This document shows, in pieces, positions 29,096 to 37,309 of a DNA stretch of 54,575 nucleotides; within the stretch, counting starts at the first letter, position 1, and each line of letters starts with the position of its first letter. Position numbers and translations under genes: made by a program. The DNA comes from Bacillota bacterium. Lineage in GTDB: Bacteria > Bacillota > Bacilli > Lactobacillales > Aerococcaceae. The DNA lies in contig JAEZWY010000230.1 of the NCBI GenBank assembly GCA_023442905.1, forward strand, positions 1 through 54,575. Direction: 5' to 3'. The notes beneath the pieces are model-generated. The model made no database searches and was not told the DNA's origin. It saw only the letters and a list, made by a program, of their open reading frames with translations.

Positions 29096-29742
29096 GAAGC
29101 TTCCTCCATCTTTTTCGTTCTTTTAAATGAAGAATCACCTGACAGTTTTGACATCAAGAGCTTTCTGTCGGCTTTATATTCATCGCCTATAAAATTCAGT
29201 TTTAACAGGAAGCATCGAAATGCATATTTTTCGTTTTCGACTTGTTTTTCAACTGCTGTCACTCGTTTTTGCTTCAGAGCTGTTTCGCATAATGCGACAA
29301 TGAATTTTGTGTATGTTTCTAGTTCCTCGGATGTCAATTCTCTCTCAAACCAAGGAAACTTTATTCGGTCATCTTCTAATTCAATCCTAGTTGATTCAAT
29401 AGCTAGCGCCTGTTTAATTAAAGTGTTCTTACTTTGGATTAGCTTTTCTAAATTCTCGATTGTTTGTCCATCGAAAGGGTCCCGCGGGTATTCAATGGAA
29501 AGTGTATAAGTTTCCGCTTGCTCATCCCGCTCTGCTTCAAAGCTATATTTACTTTCTAATGTTTGGATTAACGCGTCATTAGCCGGTCCTTCCAGCGTTC
29601 CAACCCTATCAACTACATATTCTCCAATTTCGTAGGCAAAGCTTGGTGTTCCTTTGTAATCAAAAGGAATATTCAAATGTTCGCTTATTGCTTCCACTAA
29701 CTTTTTCCGTTCTTTTCCCTTCATATTAAACTTTACAATCAT
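29092..29742 (-). CDS. Phage 'virulence-related' protein; non-catalytic paralogue of the amidoligase C-terminus
   Basis: ENEKYAFRCFLLKLNFIGDEY...LSGDSSF aligns with amidoligase ENEKFAMRTYLNRIGLIGEEF...LSGSAAW. Confidence 0.65.
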   Translation of the reverse strand: MIVKFNMKGKERKKLVEAISEHLNIPFDYKGTPSFAYEIGEYVVDRVGTLEGPANDALIQTLESKYSFEAERDEQAETYTLSIEYPRDPFDGQTIENLEKLIQSKNTLIKQALAIESTRIELEDDRIKFPWFERELTSEELETYTKFIVALCETALKQKRVTAVEKQVENEKYAFRCFLLKLNFIGDEYKADRKLLMSKLSGDSSFKRTKKMEEAS

Positions 29743-29767
29743 TTTTTATTCCACCTTTCAATTTTGG

Positions 29768-29807
29768 TACATACATATATCACTCTAAAAGGTGTTTATA
29801 TCAAGTG
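29768..29807 (-). promoter_or_regulatory. 40-bp repeated promoter-like element, copy upstream of ORF 29742
   Basis: - strand CTTGATATAAACACCTTTTAGAGTGATATATGTATGTA. Confidence 0.65.
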
Positions 29808-29832
29808 TTTTGAACAGATTCCATCTGACTTT

Positions 29833-31338
29833 CTAATCTTTATTTAATTGTATGGAAATTCCAGTCAAAACATATATAACACAAGGAAGTGCGACTCCGT
29901 TCCCCCACATTTTATATTCAGCTGTATCGGAATGTGGCTGGCTTAACCATTTAATGATTTGTTTCCTGGTTTTAGGTCGTTTATTTTTACTGATTAACTG
30001 TCGGTGTGTTTCCCATACTTTCTCCCAAAAGTTAATCTCTTCATCCGATGGGTTATCTTCTCCCAAATTGTCGCACCATCCATCTGGGAAACCTTGCAAT
30101 CTTCCACATTCGGTAGGAGTAAGCCTTCTCACAATTAAATCTTCTATGTTTACTAATGGGGGATCCTTATAATCGGTAGCAACAAGCGTACTAGCAAGTT
30201 CTTTTTCTGCACTTGTAAAATGTGAGTTTTTACTAGATGAATAGGTTGATTGTTTTCCTTTACTTACATCATCTTTATTACTAACAATTGCAATCCCGCC
30301 TTGATTACTGTTTGGTGAGTTACCTGATGTATCTATTGTTCTTGATACATCACTTTCATAAATGTTTGCTCGAACGTTAACCGTTCCTTCAGATGTCAAA
30401 CGAATATCAAAGGTTTTCGGTTTCTCTAAAACAAATGGCTGATTGTTTCCACCAGTTCCATATAACGACACAACGGTCTGGGCAACATCAACTGGTCCTT
30501 TAATTCTTGCATCCCTTCCATGGTTATCAAGAACAAGTGGGGGATGATTTGATTTTGCTCGTAAAGTTGCTGTTACCTCTTTGGTTACATCCATTCGGCT
30601 ACCACCTTGGTCATTTAAGCAGATATTGCTTGTTTCTCTAGAACTTTTTGAAGTATCTCTGGTAGTTCCTTGCCCCGCTTTTTTGCTCTGCGTAAAATGC
30701 CCTCGCAAGCTCTCTGACTCAAATAATATTTCGGATGCACTTCTTCCATTAAAATCTGCGACAAGAAAGATTCGTTTTCTTCGCTGGGGTACTCCCCAAT
30801 ATTGCGCATCAAGGACTCTCCAGGAAATTGAGTAGTTATCTCCCAACACTTCACCTGCGTTTTCCCATTTGTCTGGTTTAGGGATATCAACTTTCTCGGT
30901 CTTGACCTTACAGAATTCCTCGATGACACTTTTGAAGTCTTCTCCTTTATTTGAGGAGAAGGCTCCACAGACATTTTCCCACACTGCATATCTTGGATAT
31001 TCACCATTTGTTTTACACCTCATTTCCTTTATAATTCGCATCGCTTCATAAAATAAAGAGGACTGACTTCCGTCTAGTCCTGCACGTTTTCCTGCAATTG
31101 ATAGATCAGTACATGGTGAACCAAAAGTGATAATATCAACTGGTTCAACCTCTGCACCATTAATTGAACTAATGTCCCCTAAATGTTTCATCTGAGGAAT
31201 TCGTTTTGATGTAACCCGAATAGGAAATGGTTCAACTTCAGATGCCCACTTTGGTTCAATCCCACTAATGATACCTGCAAGCGGAAACCCCCCAGAACCA
31301 TCAAAAAGCGAACCTAAAGTAAGTCTACGCACTTTCAC
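29833..31338 (-). CDS. Phage C5 cytosine DNA methyltransferase with long variable region
   Basis: FDGSGG (I), GSPC (IV), ENV (VI), QRRKR (VIII), RRLTPTECGRLQGFP (IX), GNGV (X). Confidence 0.92.
   Translation of the reverse strand: MKVRRLTLGSLFDGSGGFPLAGIISGIEPKWASEVEPFPIRVTSKRIPQMKHLGDISSINGAEVEPVDIITFGSPCTDLSIAGKRAGLDGSQSSLFYEAMRIIKEMRCKTNGEYPRYAVWENVCGAFSSNKGEDFKSVIEEFCKVKTEKVDIPKPDKWENAGEVLGDNYSISWRVLDAQYWGVPQRRKRIFLVADFNGRSASEILFESESLRGHFTQSKKAGQGTTRDTSKSSRETSNICLNDQGGSRMDVTKEVTATLRAKSNHPPLVLDNHGRDARIKGPVDVAQTVVSLYGTGGNNQPFVLEKPKTFDIRLTSEGTVNVRANIYESDVSRTIDTSGNSPNSNQGGIAIVSNKDDVSKGKQSTYSSSKNSHFTSAEKELASTLVATDYKDPPLVNIEDLIVRRLTPTECGRLQGFPDGWCDNLGEDNPSDEEINFWEKVWETHRQLISKNKRPKTRKQIIKWLSQPHSDTAEYKMWGNGVALPCVIYVLTGISIQLNKD
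30615..31007 (-). CDS. Alternative-frame gene nested in the C5 MTase (M.EcoHK31I beta-subunit-like)
   Basis: GAGGTG RBS 8 nt before the ATG. C-terminus LSQIL...KYYLSQRACEGILRRAKKRGKELP. Confidence 0.7.
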   Translation of the reverse strand: MVNIQDMQCGKMSVEPSPQIKEKTSKVSSRNSVRSRPRKLISLNQTNGKTQVKCWEITTQFPGESLMRNIGEYPSEENESFLSQILMEEVHPKYYLSQRACEGILRRAKKRGKELPEILQKVLEKQAISA

Positions 31339-32563
31339 TCACCTCAAGTTCGCTATAAGCAATCTTTTTATTATTTCGAATAACATACACATCTTCATCT
31401 GTACCAACTTGTTCAATGTATCTCTTCGCAATCACATCACAGAACTTTTCGTCTAATTCAATCATGTAACATATTCGGTCGGTTTGTTCAGATGCGATCA
31501 AAGTTGAACCAGATCCACCAAACGGGTCAAGTACAATACTGTTTGTTAAACTTGAATTCATGATTGGATAAGCAATTAAGGCAATTGGTTTCATCGTTGG
31601 ATGATCGGCATTTCGTTTTGGTTTATCAAATTCCCAAATGGTCGATTGTTTCCTATCTGAATACCAACGGTGCCTACCCTTCTTTTTCCAACCAAATAAT
31701 ATCGGTTCGTGTTTCCACTGATAAGGTGAGCGACCAAGTACAAGCGATTGTTTCTTCCAAATACAAGTTCCAGATAAATAAAAACCAGCTTCTTCAAATG
31801 CTCTACGGAAATTAAGTCCTTCTGTATCCGCATGAAACACATAAATGCTGCCATCTTTCGCAAGTGCATCTTCTGTGTTCGTAAAAGCATCCAATAGAAA
31901 CTGGTAAAATGTATCGTTATTCATATTGTCATTTTTAATTTTCCCCGCACTGCCTTCATAATCAACATTATAAGGTGGATCAGTGACAACCAAGTTTGCT
32001 TTTTTATTCTCCATTAACTTATCAAAAGTTTCTTTTTTCGTACTATCTCCACATACAAGTCGATGTCTACCTAAAACCCAAACATCACCTTGCATTGTTA
32101 TTGGTGGGTTTTGAAGTTCTTCATCGACATCAAAGTCATCATCTTCTACTCCATCTCGAAGTGTATCTTTAAACAAATCATCAATTTCAGCTGCATCAAA
32201 ACCTGTGAGTGAAACATCAAAATCTGCTGCATCTAAATCCGTCATAAGTACAGCTAGTTTTTCTTTATCCCAATCACCGCTAATTTTATTTAAAGCAACG
32301 TTTAATGCTTTCTCTTTTTCTTCATTTAATTCGACCACGACACATTCGACTTCAGTTCGTCCCATGCTTGCCAAAACTTTTAAACGTTGATGCCCCCCAA
32401 CCACTCTTCCAGTTGTCTTGTTCCAAATGACTGGATCAACATATCCAAATTCTTCAAGTGACCGTTTAATTTTTTCATATTCGCTGTCACCAGGTTGTAA
32501 ATCTTTTCTCGGATTATAATCAGCGGGAATAAGTTGTTCAACTTTAATCTTCTCTATTATCAT
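31325..32563 (-). CDS. ParB-like N-terminal domain + N6/N4 DNA methyltransferase
   Basis: YNPR, VVGGHQR (ParB-like); TDPPY, HPTMKP, DPFGGSGST. Confidence 0.92.
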   Translation of the reverse strand: MIIEKIKVEQLIPADYNPRKDLQPGDSEYEKIKRSLEEFGYVDPVIWNKTTGRVVGGHQRLKVLASMGRTEVECVVVELNEEKEKALNVALNKISGDWDKEKLAVLMTDLDAADFDVSLTGFDAAEIDDLFKDTLRDGVEDDDFDVDEELQNPPITMQGDVWVLGRHRLVCGDSTKKETFDKLMENKKANLVVTDPPYNVDYEGSAGKIKNDNMNNDTFYQFLLDAFTNTEDALAKDGSIYVFHADTEGLNFRRAFEEAGFYLSGTCIWKKQSLVLGRSPYQWKHEPILFGWKKKGRHRWYSDRKQSTIWEFDKPKRNADHPTMKPIALIAYPIMNSSLTNSIVLDPFGGSGSTLIASEQTDRICYMIELDEKFCDVIAKRYIEQVGTDEDVYVIRNNKKIAYSELEVSESA

Positions 32564-33722
32564 ATTTACTCACCGCCTGATTAAATTCTTTATACCTTTT
32601 CACATCTTCCCAGGGATATAACCAGCTATCAAAATGTCCATAGATCGCCGTGTCTGCGTAATCAACATCTCGTAATTGTAGATACTCGATAATTGCTGCT
32701 GGTTTCAAGTTAAATACATCAAGTGCTGCTTGTTCAAGTATTGAATCAGAAACATTTCCCGTGCCAAATGTATTTATTGAAAATGCAACAGGATTTGCCT
32801 TTCCTATGGCATATGAAATACTTACTTCACATTTCTCGGCATAGTCACACCACACGATATGCTTGGCAATATGCCTTGCCATATAAGCACCACTTCTATC
32901 GACTTTGGTAGGATCCTTTCCTGAAAATGCCCCACCACCATGTGCGGTAAAGCCACCATACGTATCAACCATTAACTTTCGTCCCGTTAATCCTGTATCA
33001 GCTGTTGGTCCTCCAACAACAAATCGACCTGATGGATTGATTAAAATTTCTGTATCTTCATCAAACGGGAAGTCTTCAAAAACCTGCCATAAAACATTTT
33101 CAATAATATCCTGTTCAATTTCTGCTTGTCTTTTATAAGGCTCGTGCTGTATAGATACTACGATTGTTTTCACTCTAACTGGTTGATTATTTTTATATTC
33201 AATCGTGACCTGTGCTTTTCCATCTGGAAAATAACCTTTAATAATTTTTCCTTTTCGGACTTCATCTAATCGTTTTACAATTTTATGTGAAAGCACTAAT
33301 GGTAATGGCAGCATTTCCTTTGTTTCATTTGTCGCATAACCATACATTGTTCCTTGGTCACCTGCTCCAATTGTTCCGTAAGGCTCTTTGATTCTCTGAC
33401 GAGCTTCAAGTGTTGTATCTACCGCTTGTGCAATATCTGTACTTTGTTTCTGTACATATACAGATAATTTAAAATCTGTAGGTTTGTAACCCACATCAAC
33501 TAATACACTTTTTACAACATCTTTAAGATTAAGTTTTTCGCTACAGGAGATTTCGCCCGCCACGATGATTCTTCCTTTTGTCGCAAGCACTTCACACGCC
33601 ACACGTGAAGCTTTGTCTTTTGTTAAACAAGCATCCAAAATACTATCTGATATTAAATCACAAAGTTTATCCGGATGACCCGCACATACACTTTCAGCTG
33701 TTAAATATTTAATCGTCATCAC
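32544..33722 (-). CDS. metK: S-adenosylmethionine synthetase (phage-borne)
   Basis: ESVCAGHPDK, GAGDQG, GGGAFSGKDPTKVDRS. Confidence 0.95.
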   Translation of the reverse strand: MMTIKYLTAESVCAGHPDKLCDLISDSILDACLTKDKASRVACEVLATKGRIIVAGEISCSEKLNLKDVVKSVLVDVGYKPTDFKLSVYVQKQSTDIAQAVDTTLEARQRIKEPYGTIGAGDQGTMYGYATNETKEMLPLPLVLSHKIVKRLDEVRKGKIIKGYFPDGKAQVTIEYKNNQPVRVKTIVVSIQHEPYKRQAEIEQDIIENVLWQVFEDFPFDEDTEILINPSGRFVVGGPTADTGLTGRKLMVDTYGGFTAHGGGAFSGKDPTKVDRSGAYMARHIAKHIVWCDYAEKCEVSISYAIGKANPVAFSINTFGTGNVSDSILEQAALDVFNLKPAAIIEYLQLRDVDYADTAIYGHFDSWLYPWEDVKRYKEFNQAVSKYDNRED

Positions 33723-33737
33723 ATTACCTCGTTTCAG

Positions 33738-34289
33738 TTATTTGCCTTTATGCATCGTTAATAAGCGCTCCATCATATCATCTTGTGGATTCGCACCAAT
33801 GAATTCTGTTGCACTGTTTTCTCTTATAATTTGATAAATTTCAAGCCAGAGTCGATTGGTTTGTGTCATAAAGTTTTGACTCATAGCAACATACGGGCTT
33901 TGCATAGCATTTCCCGTTGTTGGATGTTTTGCTAAAAAGCCAAACTCTGTCACAGCTGCCTCGCACTGCATCCATCTTGCTGCACTCATTGCGTACCTCT
34001 CCAAAAGTTGCGGCATGATTAAATGAGCACAGTCCCTTTCATTTAACCAATTCCACGTTTCTTCATAAATTTCCGCCGCTTCAAGAGTGGAACCATCCTT
34101 TTCTGTGGCAGATAGCATCTCCCTTGGCGGTGGCATTTCTTGTCCTTGAAGATCTGGCGCATGTGTAAATTCAAGCACTTCTAATTTTCGTCTACCTGGA
34201 TTTCCATCTTCTAACTTCTCATATAATGGCTTTCTTTTTCGTCCAGAGCCAACCCGAGCACCGCCCCTATTCGTTCCATCCTTGGCCAT
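33738..34289 (-). CDS. terS: Terminase small subunit (P27-family-like)
   Basis: RGGARVGSGRK...GNPGRRKL...SPY; follows HNH. Confidence 0.8.
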   Translation of the reverse strand: MAKDGTNRGGARVGSGRKRKPLYEKLEDGNPGRRKLEVLEFTHAPDLQGQEMPPPREMLSATEKDGSTLEAAEIYEETWNWLNERDCAHLIMPQLLERYAMSAARWMQCEAAVTEFGFLAKHPTTGNAMQSPYVAMSQNFMTQTNRLWLEIYQIIRENSATEFIGANPQDDMMERLLTMHKGK

Positions 34290-34334
34290 TTCAACACCTC
34301 ATTTCTGCTCGCCCCCTATATACCCTCTTTGAAA

Positions 34335-34375
34335 TCGCGACTTTTTGCGTGACGTTCCCCGCCCGTTGTCCACAT
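34335..34375 (-). other. Candidate cos region
   Basis: GC-rich AACGGGCGGGGAACGTCACGC between HNH and terS, the usual cos position in HK97-like phages. Confidence 0.4.
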
Positions 34376-34394
34376 CATAAGTTGTAGAGATTGA

Positions 34395-34760
34395 TTACCC
34401 CCTACCCCTTCGCCAACGATCACCATCTCGTGCGGTAATCGATGAGTGACAAGGTGTGCAAACAGACATCAGATTGCTTTCGTCATGCGTTCCACCTCTT
34501 GACAGCGGTAGGATGTGATGTACTTCTTGCACTGGGGTCAGCTTCCCGTTTCGCTTACATTCCTCGCAGAGCGGGTTCTTTGCAACGTAACGGTCACGTA
34601 TCCTTTTCCATGCACGTCCGTATCGCTTTGCGGTGTTTGGATCACGTTGATACCTTTCATATCTTCTTGCCTCTGCCTTCCGGTGTACATCACAAAAGCG
34701 TTCATCCGTTAACTCAGGACATCCTGGCTGTGAACAAGGGCGCTTTGGTTTCCTTGGCAT
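34395..34760 (-). CDS. HNH endonuclease (packaging-associated)
   Basis: PLCEEC...EVHHILPLSRGG...NLMSVCTPCH. Start at MPRKP. Confidence 0.92.
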   Translation of the reverse strand: MPRKPKRPCSQPGCPELTDERFCDVHRKAEARRYERYQRDPNTAKRYGRAWKRIRDRYVAKNPLCEECKRNGKLTPVQEVHHILPLSRGGTHDESNLMSVCTPCHSSITARDGDRWRRGRG

Positions 34761-34852
34761 AACTTTCACCTCCAAACAAAAAAGCCCCCGCAGGATTTCT
34801 CCCACGAAGGCTCGCAATATTTTGTCTATATTAATACCATAACATGCTCAAA

Positions 34853-34980
34853 GTCAAAAAGCGTCCGCAATATTACTCACTTGAATATTCAAAGGTCCAT
34901 TTTGTTTCTCTTTGATACTTTTTCCATACTACCACTATAACCTGCGTAATGTCTAAATGCATCCGCGATTTTACTCACTT
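34853..34980 (-). promoter_or_regulatory. Two 30-bp direct repeats (putative late promoters / activator sites)
   Basis: 34853-34882 and 34951-34980, 25/30 identical, 98 bp apart. Confidence 0.6.
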
Positions 34981-35433
34981 GCCATAAAGCAGTAGTGTCA
35001 ACCTATCCAATGCTCTATTCTTTTTGTTGTAGGCAGATGACCTCTCAATCTTAAAGTAATCACAAATTGTATGCACAGCTTCGGTTCGTCTTTGGTCTTC
35101 CACCATATAAAATTCATACAGAACAAACTGTTCATCTTCGGTTAACTCATCCCAAGCAGGCTGGAACCAATTCATATATTCGATGGCTTGTCTTAACCTT
35201 TCTTTCAGCACATCAATTTTATCGATGCTATAAGCAATACGATTTTCATTGGCTTTAGGATTGTGTACGGAAGGCATGCCATCATTTACTGGTGCACTTG
35301 GGGACATCATTCCATCATGAAGGATTGCAATATCGTCATCGGTATTATCTATAATGTGTTTCATACTATTATAATCTTTTATCACATCAATCGTTGCTGC
35401 TCGTTTATCTAGGTAGTGCCATACAATATTCAT
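34975..35433 (-). CDS. Late transcriptional regulator (RinA/ArpU-like)
   Basis: C-terminal sigma4-like HTH (LTEDEQFVL...IERSSAYNKKNRAL); immediately before the packaging genes. Confidence 0.7.
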   Translation of the reverse strand: MNIVWHYLDKRAATIDVIKDYNSMKHIIDNTDDDIAILHDGMMSPSAPVNDGMPSVHNPKANENRIAYSIDKIDVLKERLRQAIEYMNWFQPAWDELTEDEQFVLYEFYMVEDQRRTEAVHTICDYFKIERSSAYNKKNRALDRLTLLLYGK

Positions 35434-36788
35434 ACAGGAATTCCCCCTTTTAACGTTGCTTTCACCGCATCAATGAGTGCTGACTGCGTATTATTCTTTT
35501 TATTTAAAGCATCCATCACTCGTTCGTCCATCGTATCTTTTGCGATTAAATGATGGATAATCACTGTGTCTGTTTGTCCTTGCCTGTACAGCCTTGCATT
35601 TGTTTGTTGATAAAGTTCTAAGCTCCAAGTGAGTCCAAACCATACGAGTGTTGAACCACCCGCTTGTAAATTTAAACCATGTCCTGCGGATGCGGGATGA
35701 ATGGCTGCAATTTGAATTTTTCCCTCGTTCCATTTTTTAATGGAATCACTACTTGTTAAAACTTCTACCTTAAATCGGTTTTGTATTCGGAGCAGGTCGT
35801 GTTTAAACCAATAAGCAATTAATACTGGTTTACCATTGGCCGCTTCAATGATATCTTCTAGCTTTTCGAGTTTTCGGTCATGTATTTGAGTGACAGAACC
35901 GTTATCATCGTAAACTGCACCATTTGCCATTTGAAGAAGTTTATTTGATAAAGCCGCTGCATTTGAAGCGGTTATGTCCTCCCCTTTTATCGTTGTAATC
36001 AAATCACGTTTCATGACATCAAGCGTTTCTTTTTCTTTCTGATTTAACGAAACAGGCATTTCATTCATGACTAAATCGGGTAGTTTTAAATAGTCCGTCC
36101 CTTTCATGCTGATAGTGATATCGCTTATTTTTTCATATATCGCTTCTTCCGCCCCTGGTTTTGGTTTATATGAAAAAATCATATGTTGATTTCTTTTGTC
36201 AGGATCAAAGTATGATTCTCTGAAACGTCCGATGAATTTTCCTAGTCTTTCACCCATATCAAGTAATCGGTACTCCGCCCATAAGTCCATTAAGCCATTC
36301 GATGAAGGTGTTCCTGTTAAACCAACTATTCTTTTAATATTAGGTCTCACTTTCATCAAACTTTTAAATCGTTTTGATTGATGAGATTTAAACGATGATA
36401 ATTCATCAATAACGACCATATCAAAATTAAAATCGATACCGCTTCTAGCAATCAACCATTCTACATTTTCACGATTAATGATATAAATGTGGGCATCTGA
36501 ATATAGTGCTTCTAAGCGCTCTTTTTCTGTCCCAACAGCAACTGCATAAGTTAATCCTTTCAAGTGAATCCATTTTTCAATTTCTTCTGGCCACGTATTT
36601 CTAGCAACCCTGAGTGGTGCGATTACTAAAACCCTATCAACTTCAAATCGTTCTAACATCAATTCATAAATAGCAGTCAGTGTAATCACACTTTTACCGA
36701 GACCCATTTCAAGAAATATTGCCGATATAGGATTTTCTATAATAAAGTTTGTTGCAAACTCCTGATATTTATGTGGCTTGAATTTCAT
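35430..36788 (-). CDS. SNF2-family helicase
   Basis: EMGLGKS, IDELS, LTGTP, GHGLNLQ, QTNARLYRQGQ. Confidence 0.92.
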   Translation of the reverse strand: MKFKPHKYQEFATNFIIENPISAIFLEMGLGKSVITLTAIYELMLERFEVDRVLVIAPLRVARNTWPEEIEKWIHLKGLTYAVAVGTEKERLEALYSDAHIYIINRENVEWLIARSGIDFNFDMVVIDELSSFKSHQSKRFKSLMKVRPNIKRIVGLTGTPSSNGLMDLWAEYRLLDMGERLGKFIGRFRESYFDPDKRNQHMIFSYKPKPGAEEAIYEKISDITISMKGTDYLKLPDLVMNEMPVSLNQKEKETLDVMKRDLITTIKGEDITASNAAALSNKLLQMANGAVYDDNGSVTQIHDRKLEKLEDIIEAANGKPVLIAYWFKHDLLRIQNRFKVEVLTSSDSIKKWNEGKIQIAAIHPASAGHGLNLQAGGSTLVWFGLTWSLELYQQTNARLYRQGQTDTVIIHHLIAKDTMDERVMDALNKKNNTQSALIDAVKATLKGGIPV

Positions 36789-37050
36789 CCAACATCCCTC
36801 CAATACTTTCAGGATCATCTAGACAAAAGACGATAAAACCTAGTGATTCTAACTGCTGTTTTCTTTTCTGCTGAAGCGGTCTGAGTTTCTTGCCAGAGGC
36901 TTTCACTTCAACAAAGCCGATTTTTCCGTTTGGCAGTAACACTAACCGATCGGGCAATCCATCAAAACCTGGTGATGTAAGTTTAATAGATAAACCCTTC
37001 ATATTTTTGACCGCTTCGCTTAATTTTAACTCGATAGATTTTTCTCGCAT
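36769..37050 (-). CDS. VRR-NUC domain nuclease
   Basis: GLPDRLV...FVEVK...RPLQ. Confidence 0.88.
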   Translation of the reverse strand: MREKSIELKLSEAVKNMKGLSIKLTSPGFDGLPDRLVLLPNGKIGFVEVKASGKKLRPLQQKRKQQLESLGFIVFCLDDPESIGGMLDEIQAT

Positions 37051-37062
37051 TCCAAACTCTCC

Positions 37063-37309
37063 TGTTCCAAACATTTTTAAACTTTCTTACGCGCGTATAT
37101 GCGTATTTGCGTGATTTCATTCTATATTCTTATATTTTCCTAATATCATATTTTTCTTGGAACATTGGAACAGGTTTTTTACAAACCCTTATATGACATA
37201 GGTTGATTGCTGTTCCTAACTATGTGACGAACTTCTTTTATTTTGTTCCAGGAACATAATATTCTGTTCCAATGTGATGTTTTTGTTCCAAACTCGATTT
37301 TTTGGAACG
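37063..37309. repeat. Putative replication origin with TGTTCC iterons
   Basis: 8 exact TGTTCC/GGAACA copies in both orientations plus 1 near copy, an AT-rich segment and the TACGCGCGTA palindrome. Confidence 0.65.

Noticed and set aside
34350..34375. ACGGG near the HNH-terS gap as a cassette site
   Set aside because: No palindromic arms; better explained as the GC-rich cos region.
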